Origin: a virus
Length of the DNA stretch: 64,000 bases
Strand: one strand, 5' to 3'
IMG/VR virus record: IMGVR_UViG_3300028920_000059
Location: 21,789-85,788 of that record
Below the pieces are notes generated by a model. That model saw nothing but the letters and a program-made list of their open reading frames with translations. It did not search any database and was not told the origin of the DNA. Below are positions 36,892 to 45,332 of this stretch, in pieces. The translations under genes and the position numbers were made by a program. Each line of letters opens with the position of its first letter. Within the stretch, counting starts at the first letter, position 1.

Positions 36892-38444
36892 TGGCTAAGC
36901 GAGTAACCAAGGGTCAGGTTTTCCGCAATGCGTTGGAAAACACAAGCACTCTTACCCCTCTACAACGAGGGTACGTACGGGAAATGATGGCGTTGAACGC
37001 CTCCCTGATGCGTTCCACCCTCCTCAACAAGCTCATTGATGATCGCCGGGACATCGATCTGGAGTGCGGCTATCCTAAGGAGCTCACCACCTCGCAGTAC
37101 AAACTGCTTTACGATCGGGAGGGTATTGCCACTCGCGTCGTGTCCCTGTTCCCTGAGGAGTCGTGGGTAGTGGACCCAAAGGTGGTAGAGAACGAGGATA
37201 CCGAGGAAAGCGCATTCGAAAAGGCGTTCAACGAGCTAGAGGAAAAGAAGCAGCTCTGGGCCTACTTGGCTAAGGCAGATGAAATTAGTGGCATCGGTTG
37301 CTACGGCATCCTCCTGCTGGGCCTTGATGATGGTAAGGACCTCAAGGAACCGGTGGATGGTGTACCCGAGAATGGTGAGCTTCCCACCGAGGGGAAGGCC
37401 ACCGAGCATAAGCTCCTCTACCTACGGGCCTTCGATGAGTCCTTGGTCAATATCAAGGCCACCGAGAAAGACCCCACCAACCCCCGCTTCGGCTTCCCTA
37501 CCATGTACAGCGTGAAATTTGAGTCAGTCACCAAGACGCGCACCGATACCGGAGAGATCACGCCAGCAAGCGGCCGGGAGCAACTGGTCCACTGGACGCG
37601 GATTATCCACCTCGCCGATAATCGCAAGGCAAGCGAGGTGTATGGCGTTCCTCGCATGCAGACCCTCTTCAACCGCCTCTACGATATTCGCAAGATCGCC
37701 GGTGGTTCTGGTGAGATGTTCTGGAAGGGCGGCTTCCCTGGCTATTCGTTTGAGATGGATCCCAACGCCAGGGCGCTCACTACTACCGAGAAGGAAACGC
37801 TGCAGGATGAAACCGCTGCCTACGCCAACGGGCTGCAGCGGTACATCCGCCTCCAAGGCATCACCGTCAATACCTTGGAGCCACAGGTTGCGGATCCTAC
37901 TGCGCACATTGACGTCAACCTGAACCTTATCGCTATCGCCCTAGGCGTACCCAAGCGGGTGTTCATGGGATCGGAGCAAGCGAAGCTGGCCTCCAGCCAG
38001 GACTCCAAGAACTGGAACAAGCGTGTTGCTCGGCGCCAAAACAAGTACCTCACCCCCTACGTTATCAAGCCCCTTATCGATAGGCTCATGGCTGCGGGTG
38101 TGCTTCCGTTGGTGGTGGAGTATGAAATCCAGTGGCCGGATCTGGACGCCCCGTCCGAGAAGGATAAGGCCGACGTGCTGGATGTGATGACTCAGGCGCT
38201 GGCCAAGTACGTGGGCGGCAACGTAGATATGCTGATCCCGCCCGAGCAGTACCTGGAGATGTTCGCCGGTCTCACCAAGGACCAGATCGAAACTATCATG
38301 GACGCCGCAGCAGAACGGGAGAAAGATCTGGAAGTTGATGAAGAGAAGCGCCGGGTGGAAGAGGCCGCACGCATCGAAGAGGAGAAGCGCCCAGCCAAGC
38401 AGCGGCGCCTTGAAGATCAACTCAAAGAGGATGAGAAAGAATGA
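36891..38444 (+). CDS. portal protein (DUF1073-like)
   Basis: Position after terL; YDREGIA.RVV, VHWTRIIH, VPKRVFMG. Confidence 0.85.
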   Translation: MAKRVTKGQVFRNALENTSTLTPLQRGYVREMMALNASLMRSTLLNKLIDDRRDIDLECGYPKELTTSQYKLLYDREGIATRVVSLFPEESWVVDPKVVENEDTEESAFEKAFNELEEKKQLWAYLAKADEISGIGCYGILLLGLDDGKDLKEPVDGVPENGELPTEGKATEHKLLYLRAFDESLVNIKATEKDPTNPRFGFPTMYSVKFESVTKTRTDTGEITPASGREQLVHWTRIIHLADNRKASEVYGVPRMQTLFNRLYDIRKIAGGSGEMFWKGGFPGYSFEMDPNARALTTTEKETLQDETAAYANGLQRYIRLQGITVNTLEPQVADPTAHIDVNLNLIAIALGVPKRVFMGSEQAKLASSQDSKNWNKRVARRQNKYLTPYVIKPLIDRLMAAGVLPLVVEYEIQWPDLDAPSEKDKADVLDVMTQALAKYVGGNVDMLIPPEQYLEMFAGLTKDQIETIMDAAAEREKDLEVDEEKRRVEEAARIEEEKRPAKQRRLEDQLKEDEKE

Positions 38445-38710
38445 CCAGAATCAAGCACCTGGTCGTCGGTAAACGAGCCTACCCAACCAACGGTAGCTTC
38501 CCTGTTCGTGCGGGTGAATATGGGATCCACCCATTGAACGATCAGTGGTATGCGCGCACCCCGAACGGCTACTTAGGCTGTCTCTCCGAGCACGAAGTCA
38601 TCGAGCACGAGGATGGGACGATCACCGTCAACCCATCAATCTTGGTAGCTGACGAGAAGCGAACGCTCTGGCATGGGTATCTTGAAAAAGGCATCTGGAG
38701 GGAGTGTTGA
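38441..38710 (+). CDS. hypothetical protein (DUF6527-like)
   Basis: ITVNPSI...WHGYL..G.W. Confidence 0.55.
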   Translation: MTRIKHLVVGKRAYPTNGSFPVRAGEYGIHPLNDQWYARTPNGYLGCLSEHEVIEHEDGTITVNPSILVADEKRTLWHGYLEKGIWREC

Positions 38711-39774
38711 TGCTCGACCCCACGCGTACGACGACATTGCGCAAGCAGTATTCAGCAGATATGAAGCGCCGATTTGAAACCGTGCGTAGGGCAACGGTGC
38801 GGACAATATATGATCTCGATGCTTTGGGCCTCGATGAATCCAAACCACCCGTATTCAATAACCTGATCACCAACGTCAACTTGCCAGAGAGACAAGCCTG
38901 GCGCTTTCAAACGAATGCGCAAAAGCTGGATTCATTCAATAAGTGGTTCAGCTCCCAAGTTGATCAGGAAATCCTCACGACTAACGTCAAAGGTGATCCA
39001 TGGACGGCCAAGTGGGTTGAATCCGCATACAAGAAGGGATCCATACGGGCATATACAGACGCTCACCCCGAGACACTAGCGCCTACGGGTGAATTCTATC
39101 TCGGATCGCGTGCCCAGTTCCTTGAGTCGGCGTTTGCCCGCCCAGAGCGAGTCAGCAAGCTCAAGTTCCTCTATACCCGCAGCTACGAGGACCTGAAAGG
39201 CATCACGAGCGCAATGGGCCAGCAGGTGAGCAGGGTGATGGCCAACGGTATAGCCCAAGGCCAAGGACCCGCCACCATTGCGCGAGAACTTAGCCAAACC
39301 ATCGATGGAATTACTCGGCAGCGCGCATTGGTCATGGCTCGGACGGAAATAATCGCAGCACACGCCGAGGGCCAACTCGACTCGTTCAAGGAGATGAACA
39401 TCGAGAAGGTGGGCGTGATGGCCGAGTGGAGCACGGCTGCAGACGAGCGTGTATGCCCACTTTGCGATGAGCTAGATGGTACAGTCATGACGGTAGAAGA
39501 AGCGAGAGGGCTAATCCCTCGGCATCCTAACTGCCGTTGCGCGTGGATCCCCGCCAACGTTGGCGAGAAGCGAGAGCGGGAGCGCCGATTCTGGTCAAAG
39601 CGAGAGAAGCAGCAGCGTATCGACCGGTCGTTGAAGAAGGAGCTACCCAAGCGTACCCGTGCGGGTGACCGCGTGCCTCAGACTGTCAAAGAAGCCAAGA
39701 GCCGGTCCACTTGGGCTGGCAAGAATGTAGAACCCAAGCCACCCCCACTACCCAGTGAAAGGCATCTGTCATGA
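38704..39774 (+). CDS. minor head morphogenesis protein (SPP1 gp7 / Mu gpF-like)
   Basis: ARTE, D.RVC..C, IPRHPNCRC. Confidence 0.88.
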   Translation: MLMLDPTRTTTLRKQYSADMKRRFETVRRATVRTIYDLDALGLDESKPPVFNNLITNVNLPERQAWRFQTNAQKLDSFNKWFSSQVDQEILTTNVKGDPWTAKWVESAYKKGSIRAYTDAHPETLAPTGEFYLGSRAQFLESAFARPERVSKLKFLYTRSYEDLKGITSAMGQQVSRVMANGIAQGQGPATIARELSQTIDGITRQRALVMARTEIIAAHAEGQLDSFKEMNIEKVGVMAEWSTAADERVCPLCDELDGTVMTVEEARGLIPRHPNCRCAWIPANVGEKRERERRFWSKREKQQRIDRSLKKELPKRTRAGDRVPQTVKEAKSRSTWAGKNVEPKPPPLPSERHLS

Positions 39775-40163
39775 CCAAGAAGAAAGAGTCCCTATCCAGT
39801 ACCCAGCGGCTTTCCCTGGAATCCACCAAGCGCAATTGGCTACTCCTGTGTCAGCAGTATGCGGCCATGGGACAACTCCTGGCTCTCATGGGCAAGGCTC
39901 TGTCGCATCCGTTGTTCAACAAATCGATGTGCCCCGAGGTGTTCAATCGCATCTTGGACCAGTACCAGGAAATCGGGGAGCAGATGAAGGTGACCGGCAC
40001 CGACCTGGACAGCATTGGTGGCGAACCGGTGCACAACGACCTATCCCTCCCCAAGCCCAAGATCGCCCAACGCCCGACGGTGACGAAGGAAAAGGTTGAC
40101 AAACCTAGCGAGGCCGATACACGCCCTCATTCCAAGCCCAAGGTGAAGAACACGGATGACTAA
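39771..40163 (+). CDS. hypothetical protein
   Basis: ATGA-coupled ORF. Confidence 0.5.
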   Translation: MTKKKESLSSTQRLSLESTKRNWLLLCQQYAAMGQLLALMGKALSHPLFNKSMCPEVFNRILDQYQEIGEQMKVTGTDLDSIGGEPVHNDLSLPKPKIAQRPTVTKEKVDKPSEADTRPHSKPKVKNTDD

Positions 40164-40356
40164 CCCAGAGCAACAGCAGCTGGAACACCGCAGGTGGGTT
40201 GATGCCCTCCTGGTGAGCGCACAGAATCGCGGTTGGTTCGGAACAATATCTATTGAGATCAAACGCGGTAAGATTGACCTAGTACGCCAGGAGCAAACGT
40301 TGAAGCCACCAGGTCATCCGGGGCACGCTACCGGGGCAGACAAACCTATTTCTTGA
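40156..40356 (+). CDS. small hypothetical protein
   Basis: WFGTISIEIKRGKI..VRQEQTLK motif. Confidence 0.55.
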   Translation: MTNPEQQQLEHRRWVDALLVSAQNRGWFGTISIEIKRGKIDLVRQEQTLKPPGHPGHATGADKPIS

Positions 40357-40433
40357 ATTTCTATCTTTACAGAAATCACTTCACTAGTATAAATACGGTT
40401 GTCAAAGAGGATGTAGGACTCCACCGAGACAGG

Positions 40434-40475
40434 AAAAGGGGCCACTCCAACAAGGAGTGGTCCCTTTCTTTTTTT
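40434..40475 (+). terminator. intrinsic terminator downstream of a promoter-like element, upstream of head genes
   Basis: GGGGCCACTCC-AACAA-GGAGTGGTCCC followed by TTTCTTTTTTT; TTTACA-16-TATAAA at 40366-40393. Confidence 0.7.
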
Positions 40476-40488
40476 GTAGGAGCAACGC

Positions 40489-41994
40489 TTGAACACTCGC
40501 CCATCCCCCAAGTTGGTGACCAACGAGACAGCAACCCTGGAATCGACCTTCCAGCGTCTGACGTTCAACCTCAAGGCCGAAAAAGCTTCCGTCCGCCACG
40601 ACAACATGCAGGGGCGGGATTTTCTCGTGGTGCCGGCGGTCATGATGACCGAGGGTGTGCACCGCGGCAGCGCCGGCCCCCTCTACTACCCTGCCGAAGA
40701 GCTTGCCCGCTCCGCCGAGGTGTGGAACAGCAAGCCGGTCGTTGTGTACCACCCCGAGCGCAACGGCGCCCCCATCTCCGCCAACGACCCCGACATCCTC
40801 ACCAAGTACAAGGTCGGTGAGCTGCTCAAGACCCGGTGGGAAGACAACAAACTGAAAACCGAGTGCTGGCTGGAGGAAAGCCGGATCCGGGACGTGGATG
40901 ATCGGGTTCTCAACGCCCTGGATGAAGGCACGATCATGGAAGTGTCCACCGGGCTTCTTGTCGATCAGGACACTACCAGCGGCGAGTGGAACGGTGAGGC
41001 CTACGACGGCATCGCCCGCAACCACCGCCCCGACCACTTCGCCCTGCTCCCCGACAAGGAAGGCGCCTGCAGCGTCGCCGACGGAGCGGGCCTGCTGCGC
41101 AACGCCCTATCTACCCTCAACGAGAACGGGCCTGAAGCCCGCTGGGCCGCCCATGCTGCTGTCCTGCTCAACGAACTCAGCCATAGTGAAATTTGGCAAA
41201 AGCTCAACGCCAAGATTTCTGACGAGGCTTGGGTGGAGCAGGTGTACGACGAGTTTTTCGTGTACCACCAGAATGACAAGCTTTGGTATCAGATGTACAC
41301 CATCAAAGACGACGACGAAATCACCCTCGATGGCGTCCGCCAGGAGGCTACTGAAGTCCGGTACTGGAAACTGCCGGACGGAACCATGGTGGGGAATACG
41401 GCCCCCGCCAACCTCACCAACAATTCCGTGAAGGAGAATACCATGGACCGAGACGAAGTCATCGCCGGCATCATCGGCAACGACAAGCTCCCGTGGAGCG
41501 AGGAACAACGCGAGGTGCTCAACGGCATGACCGACGATCAGCTCAAGTTCCTGGCGGCCAACGGCGAGGAGCCCGAGACCCCGGAGCCCGAGACCCCGGA
41601 GCCGGAGCCGGAGCCCGAGACCCCGGCCGAGGAGAAGCCCACCGACAACCAGTCGGTCGAAGAGTTCATCGCCAACGCCCCCGAGGGCATCCGCGATATG
41701 CTCACCGCTGGCCTGACCGCGCACAATGCGGAGAAGAACGGGCTGGTGGGGAAGGTGCTGGCCAACAAGCGCAACACCTTCACCAAGGAGCAGCTCAACG
41801 AGAAGGGCCTGGACGAGCTGAAGGCCCTCGCGGTCCTCGCTACCGACCCGGAGCCGGAGACCCCGGTCGGATCGCCGCGCAAGATCCTCAACTTCGCCGG
41901 GCAGGCTGAGCCGGCCAAGCCGGTGGTCAACGCCGGCGAGGAAGAGCCGCTGTCGACGCCCTGCGTCGTGAACCAGGAGACCGAAGACAAGTAA
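40489..41994 (+). CDS. prohead protease (DUF2213-like) with C-terminal scaffold
   Basis: PVVVYHP, EVSTG, PDHFALLP..GACS..DG.G; internal in-frame AAGGAG-ATG at 41443. Confidence 0.8.
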   Translation: MNTRPSPKLVTNETATLESTFQRLTFNLKAEKASVRHDNMQGRDFLVVPAVMMTEGVHRGSAGPLYYPAEELARSAEVWNSKPVVVYHPERNGAPISANDPDILTKYKVGELLKTRWEDNKLKTECWLEESRIRDVDDRVLNALDEGTIMEVSTGLLVDQDTTSGEWNGEAYDGIARNHRPDHFALLPDKEGACSVADGAGLLRNALSTLNENGPEARWAAHAAVLLNELSHSEIWQKLNAKISDEAWVEQVYDEFFVYHQNDKLWYQMYTIKDDDEITLDGVRQEATEVRYWKLPDGTMVGNTAPANLTNNSVKENTMDRDEVIAGIIGNDKLPWSEEQREVLNGMTDDQLKFLAANGEEPETPEPETPEPEPEPETPAEEKPTDNQSVEEFIANAPEGIRDMLTAGLTAHNAEKNGLVGKVLANKRNTFTKEQLNEKGLDELKALAVLATDPEPETPVGSPRKILNFAGQAEPAKPVVNAGEEEPLSTPCVVNQETEDK

Positions 41995-42106
41995 GCCCCA
42001 CCCGTCCATACCGGACCATCAAGGGAGACCGTCGTCGTGGCGGCTCCCTTGAGGGGGCGAACAGACATACCAGGGGGCCGGTCCCCCGCAGTCAAGGAGT
42101 ACAACC

Positions 42107-42553
42107 ATGAGCGACGAAAACCAAGTCCACCTTGTTGGTGACTTTCGGCGCGAGGAGGCGAGGGCCGCGAGCACCATCACCCCCGGCATGTTGATCGAAA
42201 AGACCAGTGCTGGCACCGTCCAGGCACATAGCACCGAGGGCGGCTACGCCCAGCGGATGTTCGCGGAGGTGGACGCCCTGCAGGGCAACACCCTCACGGA
42301 CGACTACTCCGCTGCCGACCTCGTGGCCATGAACGTGGAGAACCCCGGCAACTACATCCAGGCCTTCCTCAAGGCCGGTGAAAACGTCGCCATCGGTGAC
42401 GAACTGATCTCCGCCGGCGACGGCACCCTCATCGCCAATGGCAGCGAGACCTCGGGAACGACCATCGATCAGGTCGTGGCACACGCCGAGGAAGCGAAGG
42501 ACCTGAGCGGGTCCGGCGCCGTTGCCACTCTCATGAAGGTGCAGGTCCTCTAG
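42107..42553 (+). CDS. head decoration/cement protein
   Basis: Between protease and capsid; ITPGML...GD.LISAGDG.L. Confidence 0.7.
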   Translation: MSDENQVHLVGDFRREEARAASTITPGMLIEKTSAGTVQAHSTEGGYAQRMFAEVDALQGNTLTDDYSAADLVAMNVENPGNYIQAFLKAGENVAIGDELISAGDGTLIANGSETSGTTIDQVVAHAEEAKDLSGSGAVATLMKVQVL

Positions 42554-42614
42554 GGCCTCGGCGCTTCATTCACCTGCCATGGCCTGAACCATGGAATCAA
42601 GCAAGGAGTAACAC

Positions 42615-43682
42615 ATGGACTTCATCATGAACGGGCAGGCCCAGGGCAGCGTTGCTGCCACACTGCTGGATTACGGCATGGATGCCGGCATCCTGCGGCC
42701 ATGGGTCGGCAACGATGGACGGCACTACATCACCGTCCATGAGGGTGGCCAACCCAAGGCGGTCCCCCTCACGAACGCGACCGCCCTTCTTCGGAAGGAC
42801 GACTGGAAGCTGCTCGACTCGGCCGTCGTCAAGGCTGCCAAGCCGCGGCTGAAGGCCGTTGCGGACCTGCGGGGTGCTGGACTGACCTTCAACATCCCGA
42901 ACGGCATGGGCAAGACGGTACTCGAAACGGAGGCCCAGAGCGACATCAACGAAGCGGACGTCAGCATGGACGGCCTTCGTGAAGGTGACGCGGACCGGCC
43001 GAAGTTCGAGCTCACCAACCTGCCGCTGCCGATCATCCACAAGGACTTCCAATACTCTGCACGCCAGGTCATGGTGTCGCGGAACGGTGGGTCCCCGCTG
43101 GATACCACGACCGCGGAGCTGGCATCTCGACGGGTCGCCGAGACGGCTGAAAAGCTGCTCCTGGGCACTTATGGTTCCTACGCCTTCGGCGGAGGTACCA
43201 TCTACGGCTACACCAACTTCCCGAATCGTCTCACCAAGACCATGACCGCGCCGACCGCGGGTGGTTGGACCGGTGCGACGACCGTGGGCGAGGTGCTGGC
43301 CATGGTGCATCAGGCCAAGCAGGCCTTCCACTACGGTCCCTTCATGCTGTACGTGAGTACCGCCTGGGATCAGTACCTGGACGACGACTACTCCACCGCG
43401 AAGGGTGACAACACTCTGCGGGAGCGCCTCGCTGCCATCAGCGACATCACCGGTGTCCGGACCCTGGATTACCTGGACACCGCCGGCACGTCGTTCGTGA
43501 TGCTGCTCGTGCAGATGACCTCGGACGTTGTCCGGGAAGTCGTCGGCATGGACATCACCACCGTCCAGTGGGAAACCAAGGGTGGTATGCAGCTGAACTT
43601 CAAGGTCATGGCCATCCTGGTCCCGCAGATCCGGGCGGACATCAACGACCGCACCGGCATCGTGCACGGAACCACGGCCTAG
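42615..43682 (+). CDS. major capsid protein 1 (HK97 fold, encapsulin/Linocin-like)
   Basis: 355 aa; LPLPIIHKDF...RRVAETAEKLLLG, IYGYTNFPNR, GIVHG; strong RBS. Confidence 0.85.
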   Translation: MDFIMNGQAQGSVAATLLDYGMDAGILRPWVGNDGRHYITVHEGGQPKAVPLTNATALLRKDDWKLLDSAVVKAAKPRLKAVADLRGAGLTFNIPNGMGKTVLETEAQSDINEADVSMDGLREGDADRPKFELTNLPLPIIHKDFQYSARQVMVSRNGGSPLDTTTAELASRRVAETAEKLLLGTYGSYAFGGGTIYGYTNFPNRLTKTMTAPTAGGWTGATTVGEVLAMVHQAKQAFHYGPFMLYVSTAWDQYLDDDYSTAKGDNTLRERLAAISDITGVRTLDYLDTAGTSFVMLLVQMTSDVVREVVGMDITTVQWETKGGMQLNFKVMAILVPQIRADINDRTGIVHGTTA

Positions 43683-43782
43683 CCTGGGGTGAGAAGGGGG
43701 AAGCCGGGGGAGGAGGTGTTGTGGCCCTCCTCCCCCTGGCTCTGTGGCTGAACACCAACCAACCAAAGGGAAGGAGAAACCC

Positions 43783-44241
43783 GTGAAGTACAAGCTGAAA
43801 GACAAAGTTGGATCGCACGTCCACCATGAAGATGGTGGAAAGCCGTTCGACATCAACCCCGGCGATATCGTGGAGACCGATGCGCCGCTGAAGGAAATGT
43901 TTCCCGACAAGTTCGAACTTGTCGAAGGGCTCCCGGACACCCCGCCGGTACCTGATCCGGACGATGAGGACACCCCTCTCGTTCCGCCGAAGGACCAGCC
44001 CCCTGTCAAGGAGCGGGCCAAGAAGAAGCCGGCCGAGAAGAAGCCCACGAAGAAATCCACGAGCAAGCCCAAGGACGTTACCGACAAGTTCTCTCACGCG
44101 AAGGAGGAGGACTTTGTGGTATTCGCCCACAAACGGGGCTACTGGGTAGCCGAGGCTGACGACCTCGATACCATTCTCAACGACAAGAAGCTCAAGAAGG
44201 GCGAAGTGGACGCCTTCATTGATACCTATTTGAAGGGCTGA
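43783..44241 (+). CDS. hypothetical virion-associated protein
   Basis: AAGGAG-GTG start; Pro/Lys-rich linker. Confidence 0.6.
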   Translation: MKYKLKDKVGSHVHHEDGGKPFDINPGDIVETDAPLKEMFPDKFELVEGLPDTPPVPDPDDEDTPLVPPKDQPPVKERAKKKPAEKKPTKKSTSKPKDVTDKFSHAKEEDFVVFAHKRGYWVAEADDLDTILNDKKLKKGEVDAFIDTYLKG

Positions 44242-44243
44242 CC

Positions 44244-44888
44244 ATGCCGGCCCACGGCCGGTGGTTTCCTGAGCAGGTTTGGCATGGCCACTCCTGCTAC
44301 GTTGTCGGCGGTGGTTACTCCCTGCACGACTTCGACTGGGACCTGTTGGCCGACCGCAATGTAGTGGGGACCAATGTCATGTTCTACTACGGACATGACT
44401 TGGTCCCCATTTGTGTTGCGGGGGACGCTCGGTTCATCAATAACGCCACGCACCAGAAGGCCATCAAGCGGTACGTCGCTGCAGGTGGCATCATGGTGAC
44501 CAACTCGAATCGCTACAAGAAACCACCACCCTGGCTGAAGGTGATGAAGCGGAAGCTGCGCGGCTTGGGGACCGACGCCTTGGGTTGGAATGCCAACACT
44601 GGCGCTTCGGCTATCAACTTGGCTCTCCTGCTGGGAGCCAACCCGGTGTACCTGTTGGGATACGACATGCAGCCGGCGCGCAACGGACGGTGCAACTTCC
44701 ATACGTCCTACGCGAAGTCGCGTTCCAATCCCAAGGTCTACAAGCGATTCATCAAGGGAATGGAATATGTGGCGGCCGATCTGAAGAAAGTGTTTCCGGA
44801 TCGGCAGGTCATCAACCTAGAGGACGATACTAGCGCCCTGGACGTGTTCCCCAAGCAAAGCCTCAAGGCTCACTTCAAGGAGAACTGA
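44244..44888 (+). CDS. DUF115/MptE-like (sialyltransferase-like Rossmann fold) protein
   Basis: VVGGGYSL, VGTN, NTGASAINLA..LGA..VYLLGYDM. Confidence 0.65.
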   Translation: MPAHGRWFPEQVWHGHSCYVVGGGYSLHDFDWDLLADRNVVGTNVMFYYGHDLVPICVAGDARFINNATHQKAIKRYVAAGGIMVTNSNRYKKPPPWLKVMKRKLRGLGTDALGWNANTGASAINLALLLGANPVYLLGYDMQPARNGRCNFHTSYAKSRSNPKVYKRFIKGMEYVAADLKKVFPDRQVINLEDDTSALDVFPKQSLKAHFKEN

Positions 44889-44889
44889 T

Positions 44890-45330
44890 ATGGGGTTGCC
44901 TGCACAACTGCTTTCCATCCCGCGGCCCCGCAACAAGACGCTCGTGGCCATCCAGGGGGACACGTTCTACCGCAAGTGGCGTGTCGAGTACAAGGACGCC
45001 AATGGCGTCTGGCAGGCCGTCGACATCTCCGGTTGTGAAATTGAGTTCATCGTCACCACCGACCTGAACCCTGAAAACGAAGGCTCCACCCTGTTCACCG
45101 GTACCGCAGACTTCATTACCGATGGCGAGGATGGGTGGTTCTACACTGAAGGCGATGCCGAAGACATCAACGATATCGAAGTTTCCACCGACGAGGATTA
45201 TCGCACTGTGTACTATCGCGTTCGGTTTAGTGCTCCGTCCGATGAGGATTCTGCGGTGGATGAAATTCGGACTCCCTTCTACGGGGAGTTCCACGTCCTG
45301 CCCACCCTTGACACGGGAGCCAGTTCCTAG
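44890..45330 (+). CDS. BppU-like beta-sandwich virion protein
   Basis: IQGDTF...VDISGC.I.F pattern. Confidence 0.45.
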   Translation: MGLPAQLLSIPRPRNKTLVAIQGDTFYRKWRVEYKDANGVWQAVDISGCEIEFIVTTDLNPENEGSTLFTGTADFITDGEDGWFYTEGDAEDINDIEVSTDEDYRTVYYRVRFSAPSDEDSAVDEIRTPFYGEFHVLPTLDTGASS

Positions 45331-45332
45331 CC

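Noticed and set aside
41107-44087. Long minus-strand ORFs (41107..42009, 42597..44087; also 50174..51880)
   Set aside because: They are antisense shadows of high-GC3 structural genes with no motifs or RBS.
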